A stretch of DNA of 57,188 bases, counting the filler, from Sphacelaria rigidula (taxonomy: Eukaryota), in assembly GCA_964200075.2 (NCBI GenBank). It is 5 parts of 5 records of this genome, joined end to end, with 100 filler letters (N's around TTAATTAATTAA, not from the genome) between each part and the next. Parts side by side here need not be neighbours in the genome. Positions count along the whole stretch, not along the records: positions 45,833 to 57,188 come from CAXNAA020005029.1; 4 more parts are not named here. One strand, 5' to 3'. A model generated the notes under the pieces. It was not told where the DNA came from. It saw nothing but the letters and a program-made list of their open reading frames with translations, and ran no database searches. Each line of letters starts with the position of its first letter. The stretch's first letter is position 1. Both the position numbers and the translations under genes were made by a program. Positions 50,701 through 57,188 of this stretch are shown piece by piece.

Positions 50701-53700
50701 GGGGCGTTGAAATCGAAGAACGTACAGGGCAGAAAAAAAGCACAAACAAAAAAATCTACAACATGTTATCACCAATACAAGACCCTCGTCGACTGGTATG
50801 GATGGGTGATACACACCACCTATCGACAATCATGCGACAAAGAAAAACTAGGCAAGACAGGACAAATCAAGACACGCTAATTTGTCTCTCAACAAGCCAG
50901 AGCAGCAACCTCCGGCGACCAAAAGCCCTCCGCGATATCTGCGCCGCTGAACCACGGCGTCGGTAAAGCGACCAGGTGCTCAGTCTTGTGCAGGCGGCGG
51001 CATGCTCGGTCCTCCACCCACACGCGTTTTGAAACTGTCGCAGTCAGATTTAGGCAGGCCGCGCACAAAACATTGGAAAGTTGGTGTGTGGGTTCGTTCA
51101 CACGCAGGGTTGTGTTGGGGTTGTGAAAAGTGCCACTTGTTCATTTTTCATGTGTCGAAATCTCTGTTCACGTTGAAACCCATCGCAAGGAGGAGAAATT
51201 CACAATAAACACTACACCAAGTGGTGCATTTGGCACGCAGAGATGGACCCAAAAATGGACTGCTTCGCGCCAAGGAGGTGAGCGAAGGGTCTTGTTCTAA
51301 AGGTGGTGGTGGCTTGGTGGATGTCTTTGCTTGCATTGTACTCTATTGTGACACGTTCAAGCGTATGACTGCTTCATTCAAGGGGGGAGTACGGAGTTGG
51401 GATGAGTAAGACCACATGACGTCATGACGGTGACATCTGGGAGAAGATTTTGGAGAAGGTAAGGCACGGAGGCGGGAGACGCTGCGCTGTACCATATCTA
51501 CAATAATGGGGAAGATGAACCGCCCAACGTTGGATTTAATCTTACAATATTTGACCAGAGCCAGATGCATGAGATCACGACGCTCACAGCACAAGGCATA
51601 CTATGACGTGGACAGCCCCCTGCTACGCCCCACGCGAATATTCGACCCTTCGGTATGGTGTCTACTCCCCCTTCCACCCCGACATTCCCTGCCGCATCCC
51701 CGTCCAGGGAGGGGACAGTTTTGCAGTCAAAAAAAAGTACCACAATCGAGACCAAAAGCCCGTGCTTGAAATGTACTCGGTTAGGGTATTTGCACTCGAC
51801 ACTCGGATCTTCATAAGGCCGACAGTCCTCACGTGATGACCAGTGTGCGCAGCACGCGCTTTTTGGTAAAATCTGCGCCAAATTCGAGCTCTGCAACAAA
51901 CAGTACAGCACTCGGAAGTGTGGACTATTTTCTATCCCTGGTGCGACCGCGGAACCGTACAGTTCTTCTGCATCGGTGATGCTGCCATGGACAAGGCTGT
52001 ATCCTGCTCCACCCATACCTCCAAAATCTCAACGAATCAGGATTGGTCCAAGTGATGAGGAAACATTTATTTTCATCTAGATCGCCCAAGCGATCGAACG
52101 TAACTTGCTCAGATCCAAATCGCCCGCCATAAGGGTCGGCCTCAACCAAAATCTGTGTGCGTGCTTTGCATCGCCAACAGTCGAACACACAGCATGAGTG
52201 TAGCCCCGTGTGCGCTGCGGCGTCATTATCGGGCCGCACGTTTTGTTCGCTGCGAAACCGCCACGTCACCGAACATGTTCCCGGTGACCAGTGAAAACGG
52301 GTTTTCGCCTTCCCAGAGATTCCCAGCGACCACGTAGCTCAACGTAATGTAAAGAAGTTTCCGGGTCCCCACTCAACAGTCCGCCAAGATTTTCATTATA
52401 TTTTTCCTCACGCGGAAGCCATCAACTAAATTTGGGCCAAGCCGAGAGCTCCTCCGGGTCCAACAGTCATTTGTAGGGCTGGGAACTGGCAGCTCTGTTC
52501 AGCAAAGTTGACTCAGGGGGGCGTCAGCGGCCAGTGAATCGATATTTTTCCACCTAATCGGCACCCATTTGACGGGGGAAACATCAACAGCGATCGGTAC
52601 GCCGCGAGCCTCTACACATACACCCCCCTCCCCCCCCCCCCCCCCGGTCGGTGAGGGCGCCCCGCGGGAGCGCCACCGGATGCAGAACAAATGCAGTATT
52701 TGGCTTGTTTTCCTTCCATCCCTTCAAAAGCCTTTCTCGTGGCGTCTGTAACCCTGTTGAAAAAAACGATTCGTATCTATAGTTGGATAGGTTGTACGCT
52801 TTCTAATGGTTTCCGTCACGTTCATAAATATTTTGTTGTCCGGTCGCGAATGGCTCAAACGTCGGACAGGAGCTCCCCCCCCCCCCCATTATTTAAACGT
52901 ATCGCCATTTGCACGGTACGGACCAAAACGGTGAATACCCCCTCCTAATTTCACGGTAGAATGCACCCTCGAGGACGGTATTTCCTTATCCCCTGCGCTA
53001 CCATGCACCGCTCGCTCAAAACGATTTCGCCATCATTATTTATACTTCCTCTGTTCGGAAATATAGGCTCTTGGAGAAAAAGGGGCATAATTTTGGTCCA
53101 AATGCGATTTTTTTTGTGTTTTTTCCTTGTTTTGTTTTCGTGACGACCTGAATAACACCCCAAAACCGAGGTCTTTGGTCAGTCCACAGTACACCAACTA
53201 TACCCTCGGTGACCACAGAGTCCCTGGCCGAAGAGAGGGAAAACCACCGGTTGGAGGCCTTCCCCCTGAATTTTTTTCAATCGCCTTATTCGGCGGAATT
53301 CGTGCCGATTCGGCGGAGCTCGTAAAACCACTTTTTTTGTGGTCCGACCAAACAACAGCACACGAGCAACGCCGGCAACCAGCTTATTCTGGGGGGTGTT
53401 ATCTCGCGTGGGGGTGTTTTTTTTTTCGAGGGTAATATCACGGCATCCCCTGCTTTCTTTCTTTCTTGCACATGGTACGAATGATGTGCGGAACACATAC
53501 CGATGGTGGCCTGATCAGGAATAGTTACTCGCATACTTCCTGAAGCGGGCGTATATTCCCGATATTTCCGAGAGAGAGCTTATATTTCCGAACAGAGGAA
53601 GTCTAAACTACTATGCGTCATGTGTCATTTTTTGGGCTCTTGATAAGATCCTCAATGCATTGGCTCAAAAATATAGCAATATGAACAACGCCTGGAATAG

Positions 53701-54656
53701 CATGGAACGGCTCCATCCTAAAAATGGTAGAAAACATACCCTGAAGAAGTAAACTTCAAATAAACTGGACAAGTGACGCCCGTGTGGCCAATTCCCGTCA
53801 ACTCCAGTCTCAGTTACAGCAAAAGTACTGACTGGTGCAGTTCACAGCCCCAGTTATTCGTCGAGTGTAAATATAGCCAAGTCAACACACCATTCCATCC
53901 TGGCTGTCACAGCGTCCACGTCAGCCTTATTTCGGCTTGTACGGTTCGCAGGGTTTACCATGATGGTGTAGGGGGCTCCTGCTGCTTGAATCGGGACGCT
54001 ACAGAAAACCGTGTATGTGTAAAACAGGTGCTTCCAGCAACAGGCTGGGGATCTATACGTTGCTTAATTACGGACGGCGTTCATTAGCGCGAGCTACTGT
54101 TGTACTGTAGTGCGGACTCGACGGCAAAAGGGCAAATTAGTTCAGCGAGGGATGGGGGTCGGGCAGGGGCGGGAATCAAGGTTCGAGGGGGAACCTCCAT
54201 CAGATGCACATCGCATCACTTAGCTTTTCACACCAGCCTGATGTGCGCAGTTGAATCCTCCACAAAATGATGCGCGAACAAGTTGCTACGATCATGTACA
54301 GGGCGGGGGAGTCCGATGGAGTTGCCAGTAAGGTGCAGGCAACGAAAGGCCGTTTTAGGTCAGGTGTGGGATGGATGAGAGGCAGCTGGAGTTTGAAGTT
54401 TTCCCGCTCTTTGCTCTTCCCCCGACACGTTTAAACCCGAGACACTACTTATAAAACCGTGATGGTCAAAATCGTGACCAAGCCGCAGTAGTCGGGCGTG
54501 CACTACTCGGCACAGGAATACATACGGTGTATTTAGTCCTCGTGTTCCCGGGTCGTGGGACTGGTGATTGCCGGTTTCTCCTCAGTCAAAACAAAAGGGA
54601 GACAATACACGTGAAGGGAGACGAAACAGTACGTACAGCAGCTATTCGTAGTACTA

Positions 54657-54697
54657 TACACAGTACAGTACAGTACAGTACAGTACAGTACAGTACA
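54657..54697. repeat. (CAGTA)n microsatellite
   Basis: Read directly from the sequence. Confidence 0.95.
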
Positions 54698-55604
54698 GAA
54701 CAGAAGAATTTATCACATACCACCCGGTCCATCGAATAAATACATCGATACCATTGCAAAGGCGAAAAACTGCAAACGTGGGCGATGGCTGCCGCCGAGG
54801 AGTGCTCACCGCATAACATCACCTAGCTTGCTCACCACCCTCTATTATGTCCTGTCCATGTTGAGTATAACCGCTGACTGTTCTTTCTTCAATTCTAATA
54901 TGGAGTGGAGAGGGACACCGTGTCAATTGTAGTGCAGACAGGGTGAAAAGAACCGTGCCAGCTACCATACACAGCACAAGGCAGTATGGTACTTGCTGTA
55001 CTCGTACTGTAGAGTATTACTGTTGCAGCGACGAGTACGGTGAAGACAGGAGCTGGTCCGCCTGTGCACTGGTGCAATTTCAAGCTGAAACATACTCCGT
55101 TCTCATGTACGGAAATAGCGTGTTTCCCGCAACAAGCCGGAAGCGGAAGCGACTCTTGATCGACATTGTATTCTGGTTCGCGTAGTGCACAGGAGATACA
55201 CTCCGTAGAGAAAACACACACAGCATAGTACATTACTATCCACATTGCCTACAACTGGCAACACCATCTAACGTCGGGAACCAACCGCGCTGGTGAGCAC
55301 GCTTGGCTTCACACGGCATACTTGACTAGATTACATATCAGACCGCGTACCACCGAAAATTGAAAACTGTTACCGCGAGCGACCAGAAGGGCGAGGAAAA
55401 TGCAACTTGTTACGTGTTTGTTCCAAGAACCTTTTCCAGTGCAGTACATGATATAAAAAACGGTCGTTGCACTGACTGTTCAAGCAAAGAAAGGGACCGC
55501 ACACAAGTATGGTTTGCTGCATATTAGTAGGAGAGAGGCGAGCGCGGGCTATCTACATCCCTTTTTATCTCCCGTTCCATATATTTCTCCTCATCTCTAT
55601 GTAC

Positions 55605-55919
55605 CTGTTGCAGCCCAACCAGGTGTGAGATTCTCCAAACGCGTTTGCTGTCAGGTGGCCACAGTTTGCACGCTCTCGGATGTGGGCATAAAATTTCTCT
55701 TATATCAAAACACCCCCCGACAAGTGGTGGACAATTGTGCTCACCATGAAGTTGTTGGTGAGGATCCTGTTCTCTGCTGTCATCGTGGTGAGTTTGACCG
55801 TGCACCTGCTCCATCAGACGCATGGTTGCCGAGGAGGGTGAGCCCAGCACCGCACTAGTCGCTAGCAACATCCACGAGAGAACCGTCGGCCAAAAGGCCT
55901 TTGCCGAGAAGATGACCAT
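55605..55919 (-). CDS. Probable first coding exon of a secreted protein of unknown function
   Basis: MVIFSAKAFWPTVLSWMLLATSAVLG signal-like start, 105 open codons, CAG|GTACAT donor. Confidence 0.45.
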
Positions 55920-56122
55920 CACGATAGGATAGGGAGGGCCTGAAAAAACAAGAAGACTACTCGTCTATCTCTGGGCACGATTCTGTTCGTCTCTGTCCTG
56001 AACGCAGTGGTAGCGAATGGACCGTAGTGCCAGTATACGCAGGGGAGGGCAGAGGGGAGGTGTTTGTGCTGACAATGATACAAGAGTCGAGGTTGGCGGT
56101 TGGAGGTTGTTCCGAAACGGAC

Positions 56123-56127
56123 ACAAT

Positions 56128-56188
<61 letters not shown>

Positions 56189-56189
56189 G
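56123..56189. repeat. (AAC)n microsatellite
   Basis: Read directly from the sequence. Confidence 0.98.
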
Positions 56190-57188
56190 TTTTCCCAAAT
56201 GCTCGCTGCACTGAAGTTTGGTGTGGACCCAAATTACTCTGGACGCAGCTGTTTGAACTATTTTGTTACTGTTGGATTGATGAAGTCATCTGATTGGACT
56301 TGAGTTGTTGCCTTCGGGTTGAAGTAGTCATTTGATTGGACTTGAGAGGCAAGTTGTAGCGCACCAACAGCTTAATTAATGGCTGAAATCATCGTTTTGA
56401 TAACACTATATAGTACCGTTCTACTACTGTTGCTGTCGTATCCACTGTCGATTTGATGCCTTGGTGACAAGCCTTCAGCGTGGGAGAGTACCATCTGTGG
56501 CTTCTTCACCACTACAGCGATGTGGATCTTAATTTTCTACCGTCCGGCCACGGGTCTGAACGATCGGGTCCGAACGAACCCACCGAACCGACGGGCTGAT
56601 GCCAATAGTCGAAGAACATGGCACCGGCACCTGTGGCGGTGATTCCATGGGTTCAAAAACATTGGTGCCATACAAACAATACCCACGCGATGTTAGTTAG
56701 AGGGTTTTCACCACTAGGCCAAGTGGCGAAGACGACCAAGCACTTTGATTGATTGATTGATTGATTATCTACTTTACACACGTGTCATCAGACAGGTATC
56801 TAACGTAAACGTGCATCTCTCTTGCGACCCCGTATGATAGAGCACCGCGGCCTTTCTAAGGTAAACACCGTAAGCTTGCTTTGATGCCTGTGAAAATATC
56901 ATCATGAAAAATGTACTAGGCTGGGCTGTAGCAAGCTAATGGAGGGAAACGAAGCTCAGATCGGGCCTGGACAAAAAAAATACCCGAAAAAAATCAACAA
57001 CACTCTCTTCGGCACAACACCACGATATTTTCCTGATATTATTATCGAGATACTGACTATTGCCGAAACTTTTCACCATATATATATCATAGCCCCCCCC
57101 AAAAAAGTGCATGGTTAACAGTGTTTTGGTGAGATTGAGAGTAGATGATACGATTGAGAGTGAAAAGCGGTCAATCAGTGAATGTATC

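Noticed and set aside
50950..52300. Broken coding-like stretch, possibly a decayed transposase
   Set aside because: No recognisable motif or termini; cannot be supported without a search

Overview
Eukaryotic, repeat-rich genomic DNA, most likely from a brown alga (inferred from GT-AG multi-exon genes, a brown-algal-type GT23-like fucosyltransferase and the TE/microsatellite content). The window is not one locus. It is five contigs of 11359, 11358, 11358, 11357 and 11356 bp joined by artificial 100-bp N44-TTAATTAATTAA-N44 linkers. Contig 1 has two composite hAT elements, Sola-, Harbinger- and piggyBac-like MITEs and orphan exons. Contig 2 has a nested stack of LTR retroelements (a decayed chromodomain Ty3/Gypsy and a second LTR element with a tRNA-Val-like PBS) plus a DIRS/Ngaro RT-RNaseH relic. 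Contig 3 has six in-phase exons of a TSNAXIP1-like gene. Contig 4 has three exons of a GT23-like gene, a long-TIR element and a decayed non-LTR element. Contig 5 has a foldback MITE, a tRNA-derived SINE with a structured core, and a probable first exon of a secreted protein. Most ORFs in the supplied track are spurious. No CRISPR, rRNA or intact tRNA was seen. I found no clear novel multi-gene system; the best leads are the structured SINE core, the three-TIR hAT and the Gypsy priming site and C-terminal module.
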